Source: Rhizodiscina lignyota
Lineage: Eukaryota
Reading direction: 5' to 3'
DNA length: 64,000 nt
NCBI GenBank assembly: GCA_010015805.1
Contig: ML978126.1
Coordinates: forward strand, 1,860,001 to 1,924,000
Shown in pieces: positions 22,604-35,872 of the stretch. A program made the translations under genes and the position numbers. The notes beneath the pieces were generated by a model. It ran no database searches and had not been told where the DNA came from. It saw only the letters and a program-made list of their open reading frames with translations. Numbering within the stretch: position 1 is the stretch's first letter; each line of letters opens with the position of its first letter.

Positions 22604-25600
22604 TCATTTGGGCGGAGTGCTTGTGATAGTTGGAGGAGTAAGAGCCGGTGGACTTCTGCCAGCTAGTTGGCCAGTCGTCGCGGGAGCCGATGCGCGCTTT
22701 GAGGCCTTCTGGATCTCGGTCTTCTTCTTGAGGGACTTGAGCCGAGCCTTTGTGCCATCCAGAACTGTAATATTTAGTATGTCACTTCAGGGGGGAGATA
22801 AGGGATACATACTGCTTTGAATAGATGCGCGATCTTCTCCTTCCAGTCCATTGATCACGTCGTCGTCTGCGCGGTTGCTGCGGCCAGGGCCACTTGACTT
22901 GCGCGGGTTCACGTCCTCGTCGGTGTCGAGTACTGCCTCGAGCATGAGAATAGCCGTCCTATACGCGATCTCGCAGCCCTCGAGATCAATGTTGACGAGC
23001 TCGTTAACGGCTGCAGCGCGGCTCATCTCACAAGCTCTCTCGTACATGAGCTTCTCGGCAGTGACCCCGGTCGTCAATTTGATATCATCCGCAGAGGTGC
23101 CAATGCTCGTACCAGAATGTGACACCGAGTGGTTGCTCGGATGACTCGGGTGATCAATCGGAAGCTGCTTCTGCGCATCAACAAGCTTGCGGCCGACGAA
23201 TTCGGACTTGTCATAGCACTCATTAAAGCGATTCCTACTCCATTGGACGACATTGTTCATGCGCGCGCCGATAGTCGCTAGATTCTTGCTATTCGACCTC
23301 GGAGACTCGCTGATGACTTCGCCGCGGTTCTTGTGGCCCCACCAGCTGCCCGCAATGTCCATGACCTTGGCAAGAGTCGCCAGAGCTTTGACATATAGAA
23401 CGAGAGCTTCCTCGGAGATTACGATTATAGCGTCGACGGTCAGGTCGTCGTCGTCCTCAGCTTCTGCTTCACTAGCGCGTTTGGCTCCTATACCCATGAG
23501 GCCGCCGTCATTTGAAGGTGTCGCAGGAAGAAGCTGCTTGTATTTGACTTCCGCAAACCCATAGATAACATCGCTGCGGGTTGCAAGTTCCTCAGCAAGC
23601 ATAACTACCTTGCTGTCCTCATCTTTTGGATCCGCTGGCTTAGTCGTGTCGCCAATCATGAGCATGCTGCTTTGCGCCGTAGGATAAGTCGGAAACGCGC
23701 TGTAGCCCTGTGGAGGCGAGAACCCCTTGCCGCCGCTTGGGGGTGAGAATCCCATTCCAAACAAACGGAAATTGGCCATATTTAGCGCCTTGGAAATCGC
23801 AGAAGTCGCAGAGCCAGGATTCGGGCCGTACCTTCGCTCATAAGATGCGTTGCGCGAATGTGTTTGCTCTGGGCGGTGCTTGCCTGTAGCAATCTGAATT
23901 GCACGGGAAGGCGTTACGGTTGCGCCTGTCGTCGAGTTAGGAGCTCCTTGAGTAGTCGCCCTGCGGACCATTGCTCCCTGATTCTGCGGTGAGAGCGGAC
24001 GGTCTCGAAGATGGCCACCACGTAATTGAGGGCTATGAGCAAGCTCATCTGCGAGCGCATTTACCTCGACTGACTTCTTCTCCACTATAATATAATCTCT
24101 TTCAAAAGCGACGTCCTGTGCAGCTCGTTCTCTGGCTTCGCGCAAAGCTCTTTCGTCAACTCTCTGCGGAACTCGCTCGCGCTCAAAGTGCTCTTTAAGA
24201 TACGACGAACTCGGAGATGGAGTGTTGCGGCTATTGCGTCTCTCGATTGCCATTGCAGCCGCAACTGGCGCCTTATCGTGAACAGGTCTTGGCGGGGCCG
24301 TGGCGTGGCCCACAAGGGAAGGTCTGCGGCCTTGCTGAACAGGTCCAGGTATCGGGTAGTCAGGCGGAGGTGTTGCAATTTGTGCTCGCTCTGGACGTGG
24401 AGACCTTTGTGAAGGAGTCCTGGATGGTGGTGTACCTTGCGGCTTAATTGGTCTCTTTTCCATTGCTTCGGCGACGGATACTGGCCGCTCGCGTAGCGCG
24501 GGGGTGGCATTCCTCTCATCTCTCACGTCTTCCTGAACGTTCATCGCGGGCATTTTCTGCATTCTCTTGCTTGCGCCAGAACCATGCATATCAGCTTCGA
24601 ATGGCCGATCCTCGTCTACAAGACCCGGAATTTCTTCTCGAACGACAGGATCCGAGAAAAAGGGCTCAAAGCCGATTCTTTCCGTAGGTGACTTCTTCAA
24701 TAGAGCTCGGATCAAGGCCTTCATACCACTGCTGATGATTGTACCTTCCGGGAACTTGATCTTGTCTTCCTGCTTCTCGATCCTGCGCAATAACTCGACA
24801 TGATTGTTCGCCCGGAAAGGAGGTTTGCCGACCATCATCTCATGCAGCACAGTTCCCACTGACCACAGGTCCGCCTTGGCATCATATTTCTCGTACCGAA
24901 GAATTTCCGGAGCCATATAGAGCGGTGAGCCACATAGAGTCTCGGCCAATGACGTCTGCGGAAGGACGCGAGCAAATCCAAAATCCGCGACCTTCAGCAT
25001 AGGAAGAGACTCAACCCCAGCGGCCGGTATCAGGGAATTTTCGGCAACTTGAAGCGGCATGAGTTCAGGCTTATGCTTTACGTACCAGTGCGGCGATGGG
25101 ACGAGAAGAAGATTCTGAGGCTTGATGTCGCGGTGCACATAGCTCTTTGACCGGAGAAATTCCAGCGCACTTGCAATCTGTTTCAGGAAATGCCTTGCGA
25201 CGACTTCGTTCAGGCCGCCGACGGGAGGATTCGGGTACTTCCTCATCATATCTCTTGTCACCTCGTGATTCGCCAGCGTGCTCCGACCCTTGATGAACTG
25301 TGACAAGTCTCCCATCTCGCAAAACTCCATGACGATATGCATATGCTGGTCCGTCTCTTGGCAATCGATAAGCGCGACGATGTGGGGATGCTGCAGGCTC
25401 TTCAGGATGTTGATCTCGGCATATAAATTCTCGCGCAGCTTCTTGTTGAGCTTGTACAGCTGTACGGACTTGATTGCGACGAGGGAGCGCTTTTTCTACA
25501 CAATACCACGAGGGTCAGTACCTGCCAAGGCTGATGTAGAGACGAATACAGGGAACAAGGCTGCACGCCCCATCATCAAAGTTTCCATCGCGGAACATCG

Positions 25601-25764
25601 TGTTTCAGGGAGCTACTAACAATGTGTATTCCTTTGTAGACCAGCGCGAAGCTTCCTTTGCCAATCTCTCCAAGACGTTGCCACCGATTCGCGATGGTTA
25701 CGGAGCTACTTGAGGTCGAGGTCGAGCTTCGGGAAGCTCCCGCCGGCGGTGGTCTCGCTGCCAT
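22604..25764 (-). CDS. ATG1: Serine/threonine-protein kinase ATG1 (autophagy initiation)
   Basis: [70 protein letters not shown]-terminal tandem-MIT region ([33 protein letters not shown]); two introns. Confidence 0.96.
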
Positions 25765-27642
25765 GATGGATGCTTTGGCAGATGCAGTTGTCTGATGGCG
25801 TCGATGTTCGATGTCGACGTTCGGAGCTCTCCGGTCCCGTGGAAAGCGTGAGGACGGGGACGTAGTAAGCTCGACGGTCGAGTTGCGGTCGCGGAGCGAA
25901 GCTGGGTCGCTTTGTTGAGATGGATCCGCGAAGGTGTTGGTGGGAGCTGCTAAAGAGCGTGTGGAGGCTCGCGGCTCGAAATGGAGGTTGTTGCAGCAGC
26001 ACAGCTGGTTGGTGAATGTAACGAATGGCAGCGAATCATAGCTGTTGGGACATTGGCGGCGTGAAGGGCAAAGGTAGCGAGGGCGCGAAGGGGAGTAGAG
26101 CAAAAGGGCAGGTGTGGTCTGAAAACCAGAAGAATGCCAGGTAATAGGCAGAGAAAAGGCAACTGTCGAAGGGTAACGGGGCTGATGAGGGAGGTTGAAG
26201 GTGACTGGAGAGGGCGTGGTGGTGAAGCAGAGCAGAGGTCGATCACCACGACAAGGTCACCGCTGCCGCTAAGCCGTTCAGGGCGTGCGCAGGGGACGTG
26301 ACAGCGCGCACGGCCGGGGCAGTATAGACGCGGCTGCGGCCCGCACGCAGCATCACTCGAGCGTGCGGCGCGCCGTCTATTCTGCCAGCGCTCCCCGGCC
26401 TCCCTCAGGCAAAGACTCGGCTCATCGATAAGGAAACGCCGTGCCTGCCTGTACAGCGCGGCGCGCGCGTGGAGGCAAGCTAATGGTGGATGGCAGCAGC
26501 GATGGCGAGAATGGCGACAGAACACCGCTCGAACGACGCTTTCGTCTGTCCGTGGCCACCTCCGCTTCATCTGCCTGCTCGCTTCATGGGGTCGCTGCGT
26601 CTCGTTGCACACGCGCCCGTCGTCCAGTTCCTGCGGCACCTGATCGAGCACCCATGATTCAAGCGGCACTTCGTATGAATGACGGCATCGCTGCTACAAT
26701 TACACACTCTGCCATCCACATTCCCATCATTTTGCCGCCTCCTCTCCGCGAGCGCCATGTCCCCCAGATCTTTGCACAATCCCTTTGTTCACGTCCGTTT
26801 CTTGCTGCTGCTGTCCGCGAGCGTATGCGGCAAGACCTGCTGTCTTCGGAGGCTGGAGGCGCGTCCAATGGCACCTCTCCACACACCCCCTCTGTGCTTA
26901 TAGGCTCAGGGCTCAGCTTGTTAGCCTTGTTCTGCCCACCATCCAACGTTGCAGCAGTGCGTGGGCACGCGATAAACAGCTGCTCGCGACTGATAACCAT
27001 AGCCACAAATCATCGCTACGCCCTCGTTTACAAACGTGATCGTCCCCATGTACATCTTGCTTGTTTTCTCGCGCCTCTCAGAGCGGCATGATCTTCGATC
27101 TGAGCGGCAGACGCGGGAACCGCTCCGACCTCTGCCCATTGGGACGGAGCTTTCTTTTTCAGGACAGTGTACATGTCACTCCACCCATTTTAGTAGGAGG
27201 GAGAGGCAGATAAGAAGTATAGATGTACTCTCTTCTATTCCGTTGGGACGCCCAGCTTTATCCCCTTAAACGCTTACTCACCTCTGGTCAGCTGTTTCCA
27301 GGAAACAGACGCCTGATTCATGAAAGACTCCGACTGCTCCGGTGATACTCGGTATCTCTGATGACTTTCTAGCTCTCATCTAATCAACATCCTCGAGGCA
27401 GGGCCATTGCGGCGTGCTCTATTCCTCTTTCGTCAGGTAATGTACCAAAGTATATAGACGGCTCTCTCCTATACACTTGAATTGCCACATCCAGCAAACA
27501 ATTAGGAGCTATATCAAAATCTAGATCTTCTCATAAATGATCATCAAAAATAGTCTTGGCGGAACTGCGAAAGGATATCTTGAACTCGAAATGAAGCAGA
27601 GGACGCCGAAAACGTCAACGGAAAAGTCTTTCTAGGAAGAAA

Positions 27643-28780
27643 CTATACAGCAGTTGAAGCCTTTCGTCGTTCTCGAACCCAGACCTCCTTTTCGCGCTTC
27701 AACTCGGCCTTGACCCAAAACGTGGTAATCAGCGCCCACACGGCTGCCCAAGCAAACGGCAATGTCCATCCAATCTGGAGACCATATCAGTGACATGTCC
27801 GCAACTCTAGGGGGCAGAAAACTCACAACGTAAGCGACATCGCGACTCGTCGTGAAGATAATCACTGTAGTCGCAACGGCTATCGCGCATGCGCCAAATC
27901 CCCAGAAAAGGGTGATGCGATGCAGCATCTGGCGGAAATAGTGGCTTGCCTGGTAGCGAAGGTTCAGCCTCTGCCGGAACTCTGTTCCGCCCGAGCCATC
28001 GACAGCGATTACGTCCTCGATGATGGAGTATATACCCGGTCTCAGCGGTGAGCCCCGAGGTAAAGACGATATCCGCACTGGCGCTCTGTAGCCACAAATG
28101 CGTAGGACATCCACAAGGAGAAGCTCAATGCCAAATGCGTAGCACATGCTGGCCACTGGCATCGCGAGAAGTCGGATTGGAGGTTCTGCTGGCACGGTAC
28201 CACTTGGGTAAGTTAGTTGTGCTCTTGCGATGTATCAAGACTCGATGGCATACACGATAAGTTCCACCATGACTGCTATCCATCCCAAAGAGAGATTCCA
28301 TTGGAACCAATCAAGGTACCATCGTCTCGCACCAATAACTCTGCATGTAGAGCCTCTCTTCCATAGTCTATGAAAGCGGAGGAAGTATTCTACGATCGAG
28401 ACTGATCCGAGCGCTCCAGTGGAGATACTAAAGACTGCGTACTTATGAGCCTCTCGTCAATCGTTGCCATCGAAAGCCAACTCACCGGCATTATGCGATA
28501 AACTCGTCCCATACCACAGCCCAAAGTATAACGCAATAGGCAGGAACACAATATCTATCAATACGAGCGACCAGAAGAAGGCAATCCATTTATACCGCGT
28601 CTTGAGGGTGTAGTTTAGCTCCGGCGGCTGCTCGAAGGATGGATCGATGTAGCGTATTTGCGTATTCGCGAATCGCGACGACGGATTCGCAGCTTCTTCT
28701 GCCCGCTTCCTCGCTCTTTCTTGCTCTTGCTCTTGCGCCCTCTTCTTCCGTTGCTCGAAGTATCCCGAGAACATTCCCAT
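27643..28780 (-). CDS. Conserved fungal multi-pass membrane protein of unknown function
   Basis: PPELNYTL..LPIALYFGLWY; PPIRLLAMP; RPGIYSIIEDVIAVDGSGG..RYQAS..FRQML; last exon IGWTLPFAWAAVWAL; three introns. Confidence 0.8.
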
Positions 28781-29281
28781 GTTGCGGGTGCGGGTGCGGC
28801 GGACCTGTCTACTCCGTCCTCTGCGTAAGTAATTGGGACGGTCAAAACAAAGGATGGGAAAATGCATACCAGTTAAGGATGGGTCAGGTATAGGTGAATT
28901 GGAGGCATGAAGAGAGTGTGAAGGAGCGTGGGCATGTTCCAGGTCGAGTAAACAGGGGAAATTCCCGGATTAACCAGAGCATTTGAGGTGTATATGGTGA
29001 CAGCAACAGTTTCGGCCGCATGGACCCTGCTGGCACTGACGTATTCGTCGCTTCGAGCCTAAATTCGAGGTGTCTGCGGATCCTGCTCGGCGCCGCGACG
29101 AATCAGACCATCTCTCCTGACCTCAAGACCTGAACTCGGCTCCAAATCGTCCCTTTGCCCTGCACTTCACATCATTCACGTCAGCACGTCACAGCTACAA
29201 CCCACTTACCAATACGCCCAATCCGAATTTCGCCTCCAACTCCACACTTCACATTATCATGTAGAAGATCCCAAGGCAAAC

Positions 29282-30475
29282 ATGCGCTTTGGCGGCATTC
29301 TCTACCTCATTGCTGCCCTCCTTCAAGTCGCGCATGCGACAGCAACCTCGTCTCCACATGTAGGAACAGATCAGCAGCGCCTTCAAGATGCGCATCCCAA
29401 CCAGAACCACACGATATCTCCCGCCCTCTTCGCCGAGCTAGAGGAGCTCTCGCGCATCGTCGACATCTCGTACTGCGTCGGCCTGACTGGCACAGGGATC
29501 CAGAAGCCGTTCAAATGCGTCAGTCGGTGCGGTGATTTCGAGAACTTCGAGCTCGTAGCAGCATGGAACACTGGTCCTTTACTCTCTGACTCCTGCGGCT
29601 ACATCGCGCTCTCACACGCGCCATCGCCGAAACGCATTCTTCTAGCCTTCCGTGGGACTTACTCGATCACGAATACACTGTCGGACCTGACAACCATACC
29701 GCAGGAATACGTGCCATACCCAGGCGACGATGACGAGGATGGAGGCAGGAGGGGAGCGAAGTGCGAGAATTGTACTGTTCATATGGGTTTCTTCTCGTCG
29801 TGGTTGAATACCCGCCACTCGATCCTCCCCGTTCTGGAAGAAGTGAGGGCAAACCACACCGACTACCAGCTCACACTGGTTGGGCACTCTCTGGGCGGCG
29901 CCGTCGCAGCGCTGGCTTCGCTCGACTTTATCGCTCGGGGCTGGAACCCGACTGTGACCACCTTTGGCGAACCGCGCATTGGTAACGCAGCGTTAGCGCG
30001 GTACGTCGACCGGCAGTTCAATCTAAGCGATGACTACCTTAAAGACGACAGGATGCTTAAGTTCCGGAGGGTCACGCACACGGACGATCCGGTGCCACTA
30101 CTGCCGCTTGAGGAGTGGGGGTATGCGATGCACGGTGGGGAGATATACATCTTCAAGCCCTCCATTCCCCCGGAAAATAGCGACATCATCCACTGCGTCG
30201 GCCCGACTGATCGACGATGTATCGCGGACGGCACGCTGCCGGATACTTCAGACGCAATGTTTGTTGATGCGCCGCCTGCACTGCCGGATGAGAAGGCCGA
30301 GCAGGTAATTAAAGAGCTAAGGAAGAGATCCGGACGGTGGGATGTGGATGATTGGATCCCGGCGCGGTATAGGCTCTGGCAGTTGTTCTTTGCGCATCGG
30401 GATTACTTCTGGCGATTGGGCCTTTGTGTGCCCGAGGGAGGGTGGTTGGATCGTCCGTCTGAACGGCGGCGTTGA
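29282..30475 (+). CDS. Secreted class 3 lipase
   Basis: Signal peptide; AFRGT, VHMGF, GHSLGGAVA, TFGEPRIGN, RVTHTDDPVPLLP, AHRDYF. Confidence 0.93.
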   Translation: MRFGGILYLIAALLQVAHATATSSPHVGTDQQRLQDAHPNQNHTISPALFAELEELSRIVDISYCVGLTGTGIQKPFKCVSRCGDFENFELVAAWNTGPLLSDSCGYIALSHAPSPKRILLAFRGTYSITNTLSDLTTIPQEYVPYPGDDDEDGGRRGAKCENCTVHMGFFSSWLNTRHSILPVLEEVRANHTDYQLTLVGHSLGGAVAALASLDFIARGWNPTVTTFGEPRIGNAALARYVDRQFNLSDDYLKDDRMLKFRRVTHTDDPVPLLPLEEWGYAMHGGEIYIFKPSIPPENSDIIHCVGPTDRRCIADGTLPDTSDAMFVDAPPALPDEKAEQVIKELRKRSGRWDVDDWIPARYRLWQLFFAHRDYFWRLGLCVPEGGWLDRPSERRR

Positions 30476-30754
30476 GTGTGTACGCCTAGTAATATCCTTA
30501 TGCGCTGGACACACATCATGATTGGATGGGAGTATGATTCACGACAGCGTGGGATGAGAGGGCATATACATATGATCAACAACCTTAGTAGTAATACTTA
30601 ATCTCGAATTCCTATTGATAATAGACATCGGACTGCGTCGTCGCTATGACAATCGTGCTCCATGAACTCCTGTGGTACTCCAAAGATTGTTCTACAGTTC
30701 AGTATCTTGTGCAAATTATACAAGTGCTTCAGCGCACTATCCCTCCAAGCTCTA

Positions 30755-31753
30755 CTACTGTTGCTTCTTCTGCGCCGCCGGCCCCATTTCCTTGCTGAAC
30801 GCAAAATACGAGACTTGCAGACTTGCCACGGCCGAGATTCCAGTGTAGAGGATCAGGAATAGAGGAATCGCAACGAGTATACCCGTGAAGATTGCTGGCT
30901 ACTGTTAGTATGACAATAGTTCATAAGTAGAGGACTTATGGAGCCCTACCTGGATTAAAATACTCATATCTCTCAAACAACGGCAACGTCGAGTTAACCG
31001 TGCTATTCGACTGATGCGCATTAACATCACGCTTGAGATCCGTATGCAACGCCGATGGGAACGGGTCGTCCATCTCATACAGATGCAGTTCATGCTCTGG
31101 CATCGAATCTGAATGCGCCGAAGCGGGGGTGGAGGTGTATATGACGATGTAGCTCTGCTCCTGCATGCCGGAGAGCACCGCGTTGAGGAACAAATCATGC
31201 TCCATGATCTTTTCCGCTCGTTCAGAAGCTAAAGATGGAAGGGCGTCGAACACAATCTTCCTCACACGTTTCGACTCGTTGCCGATGGGTGCGTAGCCAG
31301 CCGATGTCTCGACGTCTTCAACCGTAGCCTTGCATCCCAGCTCCAGTTGCTGCGCTATAGCGTCAATGTCAATCTCGCCGATAACTTCGGGCACTGCAGT
31401 CGCTGTCTTAACGGTGTCGTCTCGTTTCTCGAGCCATCGCCTTATGTGTGGATAGGCGCCCCAGTTAGAGAAGTCGGCGGGGGATTGTGACGGTTGGGAG
31501 ACGAGGATGTAGTTGTCCCAATCGCAGGTCTTTAGAAGCTCGGAGAGAGAGTCGCGGATCGTGCTCGACCGGGCGATGTTTGAGGATAGGGCGATGGGGG
31601 TGGAGATACTGCGAGAGTTAGATGTGCAATGCGGAAGGTTAGCTGAGACACTTACGGAGCGCTTGAGAAGAGGAGAAAGGGCGAGGTGTCTTTAAATGCA
31701 GCTGCAGAGCTTATAGAGAGGGCAATCACCCATAGACTCCTTAGGAGCAGCAT
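30755..31753 (-). CDS. BIG1 / V-ATPase Ac45(Voa1)-like type I ER membrane protein
   Basis: Signal peptide then FKDTSPFLLFSS; VIYTSTP; LPLFERYEYFNP; final exon TM helix then LQVSYFAFSKEMGPAAQKKQQ*; two introns. Confidence 0.85.
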
Positions 31754-32287
31754 AGTTGTGATCTCGAAGCTGCTCTATTGCTTCTGCCTTCACGATCGTG
31801 ATAACCTCATGCCAGGAGCTCGTGTCGGCTAAAATTCGGCGAAAGCCTGGCTTCCGGCAAAACTAAATCCCCGAATTGAAACATTTGAAGACGAGCAGCG
31901 CCACAATGTAAATCGCTTGACTCATCGAGCCTGCAGCCAGGCGAATTTGTGAGCAAGAGTGCGCAGCTGCGCCTTAGCGCTGAAATCTCATTCTGAGTCA
32001 CTTTTTCTAATTGTTGGCCCGAAAGAGCTTCTCATTTGCGAGACATAAATCGCGGCCTGAGGCCCTGTCACTTGCCACCATCAAACACTTTTGCTCACGG
32101 AAGCGTAAGGAAAACACTAGTTCATTCATTGCAACCGCTCGTCAACGTACTGGCAACTTCTGAGGGTTTTCAGTCCCTTGAACGTTCTTTCATATCTTAC
32201 ACTCTGCAACCTTAGGCTCCCGCATTGCCCGCATTGGAAAATCTATCTGATCCGCCCAATCTGCGTGGCCTTGAATATCACGCAATC

Positions 32288-35200
32288 ATGGAAGCGGCAG
32301 CGACGACGGCGAACCAAAATTCACCCCAGGCACAAGGTTCTCCTCGAGCGTCACATAGACATCGTAGGAGACCTCAAAGGGCTGGTCATGCCCAACAGAC
32401 TTCAGACGGAGTACCATTAGAGATTCCTCCAGAGTCTCAGCACTCCAGAGGAAATCAAAGACCTAGACATGGCGGCCGAGCACCACGAGGAGATGCACGT
32501 GCTAATGTAGCTCGAATATCCGCTCAAGCTGGATCTACAGGACCTTCAAGCGCAGAGACTTCCGGAAATGAGTCTCGTCCACGAGGTAGAGGTTCACAAT
32601 CTGGAAGGCCTCCACGGAGAGGCGGCCGAGGTGGTCGAGCCACTCAGGTTGCACCATTGCGAATGGTGAATGGCAGGCAGTTTGGCGGCCAACTCACTCA
32701 ACCCGATGATGATGCCATCTCGACTTCAGCTGCGAGCGTGACCTCGCCACTGCAAGCTGATGCTCCTGAATTTCGTCCAGGTCAGACTCATACTGCCCGC
32801 CCACCAAGAGTCCAACAACCACGACCACAGAGGCGGAGAGGTTCAAGAAGCACTGCAAAAGACCTACCCACCCGTATCCATGAGGATATCGACAACAAGC
32901 AATACGAGTGTGCAATATGCACCAACGAGATCCAGCGGAACTCTCGGGTCTGGTCATGCAAAACGTGCTGGACCGTTTTCCACCTGTCATGCGTCAAGAA
33001 GTGGGCAACTGCCAAGCGAGAAGAGCAACGGCCTCAGAACGGTCAGGATGACTCAAGTCAACATTGGAGATGTCCTGGATGTAATCTACCCAAGGAGGTA
33101 ATCCCAAAATCATTCACCTGTTGGTGCGAGAAAGAAACGGATCCGCGCTCACTCCCGGGCCTCCCTCCATTTTCTTGTGGTCAGACATGTTCTCGAGAGC
33201 ATGAGATCCCAAAGAAGTGTCCCCATCCTTGTCAAGAGCTTTGTCACGCAGGTCCTTGTCCACCATGTCCAAACATGGGACCAAGCCAGATGTGCTTTTG
33301 TGGTAGGGAGACCGTCACGAAGAGATGCATAGACACAGATTATGAGAATGGCTGGACTTGTGGAGCAGTGTGTGGAGAGCTCATGCCCTGTGGAGAACAC
33401 TACTGCACGCGATCATGCCACGAGGGCCTTTGTGGTGCGTGTGAAGAGATGGTTGACGTCAAATGCTATTGTGGCAAGGTTGAGAGACAAATGTGGTGCT
33501 GTGACAGACAGGAAGAGAAGACGAGTAGGCTGGAGCTAGCACATGGACAGGATGCAGACGGCGAGGAATCCTGGATCGGATCGTTTGATTGCGGTCAAAT
33601 TTGCGGGCGACCTTACGATTGCGGCTCCCACATCTGCGAAAAGACTTGCCATCCCCTCGATGCAGCCACACCACACTGTCCGAAATCTCCTGACATTGTC
33701 ACTCATTGCCCTTGTGGCAAGACTCTGCTCAGCGACATCTCGAACAGCGCTCGGACCAGCTGCGAAGACCGCGTTCCGAACTGCGACAAGCCGTGCCTGA
33801 AGCTGCTCGCATGTGGACATGAATGCCAGCAAATATGCCACGCAGGTGACTGCTTGCCTTGCATGCAGGTGGTCACGATTCACTGTCGCTGCGGACGAAC
33901 AGCATCTCCTTCAATCTGCCACCAAGGCGTGGAGGAGCCACCTCAGTGCGCTAGGGTATGTCGAGCTACACTTAATTGCGGTCGCCATCAGTGCGATGAA
34001 CGCTGCTGCAGCGGAGAGAAGAAGGCATCGGAGAGGCTCTCAAAGAAAAAGCCACGAGCCTTGAATGCGGCTCAACGACCGTCGAACGAGGACTTTGAAG
34101 CAGAACATATCTGTACACGAGTCTGTGGCCGATCGCTCAAGTGCGGCAACCATGAGTGCCAGGAGCTGTGCCACAAAGGTCCCTGCGGAAGCTGCCGTGA
34201 AGCGATCTTCGACGACATTTCCTGCAATTGTGGCCGCACAGTCCTTCAGTCACCGCTCCCTTGTGGAACGAAGCCTCCTCCGTGCCGCTATGAATGTGAG
34301 CGACCAAAGGCCTGCGGACATCCTCAAGTAGCGCACAACTGCCACTTAGGCGACGAGTCTTGTCCCAAATGCCCCTTCCTAACCACCAAGTCATGCCTCT
34401 GCGGAAAGCATCAGATGAAGAACCAGCCCTGCTGGCTCACCGAAGTTCGATGCGGCGAAGTGTGTGGAGAGCGCCTGAAGTCCTGTCGCACACACAACTG
34501 TCGAAAGCCCTGCCATCGCCCAGGAGACTGCGAAGACGCAACCAGCCACTGCCAACAGGAATGCGGCAAAGAAAAGTCCTGTGGGCATCCTGATTCCGCG
34601 CCCTGCCACGCACCACGCCCTTGCAAAGAAGACAAGCCCTGTGCACACAAGATCTTCATCACCTGTAAATGCCAGCGCATCAAGAAAGAAGCGCCCTGCA
34701 ACACAACGCGCCACACGCGGGGCAATCTGGACAGGAGTCTCGACTGCGACGACGAGTGCGCCCGTCTCGAGCGTAACAGGCGCCTTGCGCTGGCCCTGAA
34801 CATCGATCCAGAGACTCACAAAGACGACCATATCCCCTACTCCGCCGAGACCCTCAACATGTTCCTGAACAACGTCCAATGGGCGCAAGCCCAAGAGAAG
34901 GAAATGCGTCTCCTGGCCGCCGACCCAGGAACTAAACGACTGCGCTTCAAGCCCATGGCGTCACACCAGCGTGCCTTTATTCACTCACTCGCCGAAGACT
35001 TCGGCTTCGACTCGGAGAGTATGGACCCCGAGCCGCACCGGCACGTCGCCATCTTCAAAACCCCGCGGTTTGTCATGGCGCCGATGAAGACTTTGGCTGA
35101 ATGCGCAAGGATAAGGCATAGTCAGCGACTCGCGAGCGCGGCTGCGGCCGCGGAGAATGCGGCAGTGAAGGTGAAGAAGAGTAATGTCGAGGCGGAGCCG

Positions 35201-35872
35201 TATAATGCGTTCTTGCTCACGGGTGTGCGGTTTGGGCTGACGGTTGAGGAGTTGCGATCTGCTATTCAGCCAGTGTTAACTGGGACGCCGGTGCAGCTGG
35301 ATATCTCGTTTCTGCCGAGCGAGGATGTCGTCCTCAAGGTCGCGAGCTCGAGTACCTCGGGACGGAGTGAATTGGACGTCGCGAACATGCTGTCGGATCT
35401 CAAACCTGCACTAGCACGACAGGTCAGCACACACAACTTCGGTTCGTTACAGCTCGCGCGGCTTGACGCCTCGCTGAACGTACTGAGGCGCGAGACGGAC
35501 AGCGCTGCGAACGGCGGCTGGAGCCAGGTCGCTGCCAAAGCTGCAGCACCCAGGGGAGTTCCCACGCAGGCACCTGTAGGCGGGAAGAGCGCTTTCACGG
35601 TGCTGAGCGCGAAGAAGAAGAAAGCTGCGCCAACGCTAGAAGAAGATGTTGTTGATGATTGGGAGACAGCGCAGACGATGGAGGAAGAGAGGGAGAGGTT
35701 TGCAAGTGCGGCTGTAAGTGCAGCTGCGAGTGTGAGTGGAAGTGGGCTGAGTGGTGATGAGAGCGGTGTGGAACTGAGGCAGGGCCAGGCACAGATTGAG
35801 GCTGGCGCTGAAACTGTACTTAGTGGTGCTGAAGAGCAGCAAGCGCAGTTGCCAGCTGGGGATGCTGAATGA
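32288..35872 (+). CDS. FAP1: NF-X1/FAP1 (shuttle craft-like) RING, NF-X1 zinc-finger repeat and R3H protein
   Basis: RING (ECAIC..WSCKTCWTVFHLSC..WRCPGC), many CG.H.C...CH.G.C repeats, R3H (QRAFIHSLAEDFG); first ATG at 32288. Confidence 0.92.
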   Translation: MEAAATTANQNSPQAQGSPRASHRHRRRPQRAGHAQQTSDGVPLEIPPESQHSRGNQRPRHGGRAPRGDARANVARISAQAGSTGPSSAETSGNESRPRGRGSQSGRPPRRGGRGGRATQVAPLRMVNGRQFGGQLTQPDDDAISTSAASVTSPLQADAPEFRPGQTHTARPPRVQQPRPQRRRGSRSTAKDLPTRIHEDIDNKQYECAICTNEIQRNSRVWSCKTCWTVFHLSCVKKWATAKREEQRPQNGQDDSSQHWRCPGCNLPKEVIPKSFTCWCEKETDPRSLPGLPPFSCGQTCSREHEIPKKCPHPCQELCHAGPCPPCPNMGPSQMCFCGRETVTKRCIDTDYENGWTCGAVCGELMPCGEHYCTRSCHEGLCGACEEMVDVKCYCGKVERQMWCCDRQEEKTSRLELAHGQDADGEESWIGSFDCGQICGRPYDCGSHICEKTCHPLDAATPHCPKSPDIVTHCPCGKTLLSDISNSARTSCEDRVPNCDKPCLKLLACGHECQQICHAGDCLPCMQVVTIHCRCGRTASPSICHQGVEEPPQCARVCRATLNCGRHQCDERCCSGEKKASERLSKKKPRALNAAQRPSNEDFEAEHICTRVCGRSLKCGNHECQELCHKGPCGSCREAIFDDISCNCGRTVLQSPLPCGTKPPPCRYECERPKACGHPQVAHNCHLGDESCPKCPFLTTKSCLCGKHQMKNQPCWLTEVRCGEVCGERLKSCRTHNCRKPCHRPGDCEDATSHCQQECGKEKSCGHPDSAPCHAPRPCKEDKPCAHKIFITCKCQRIKKEAPCNTTRHTRGNLDRSLDCDDECARLERNRRLALALNIDPETHKDDHIPYSAETLNMFLNNVQWAQAQEKEMRLLAADPGTKRLRFKPMASHQRAFIHSLAEDFGFDSESMDPEPHRHVAIFKTPRFVMAPMKTLAECARIRHSQRLASAAAAAENAAVKVKKSNVEAEPYNAFLLTGVRFGLTVEELRSAIQPVLTGTPVQLDISFLPSEDVVLKVASSSTSGRSELDVANMLSDLKPALARQVSTHNFGSLQLARLDASLNVLRRETDSAANGGWSQVAAKAAAPRGVPTQAPVGGKSAFTVLSAKKKKAAPTLEEDVVDDWETAQTMEEERERFASAAVSAAASVSGSGLSGDESGVELRQGQAQIEAGAETVLSGAEEQQAQLPAGDAE

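Noticed and set aside
25765..27269. Several long GC-rich ORFs upstream of ATG1, including an open in-frame extension
   Set aside because: No domain or coding signature; expected in GC-rich promoter and 5' UTR DNA.
33100..34780. Cys/His-rich repetitive pattern
   Set aside because: Explained by the NF-X1 zinc-finger repeats of FAP1.
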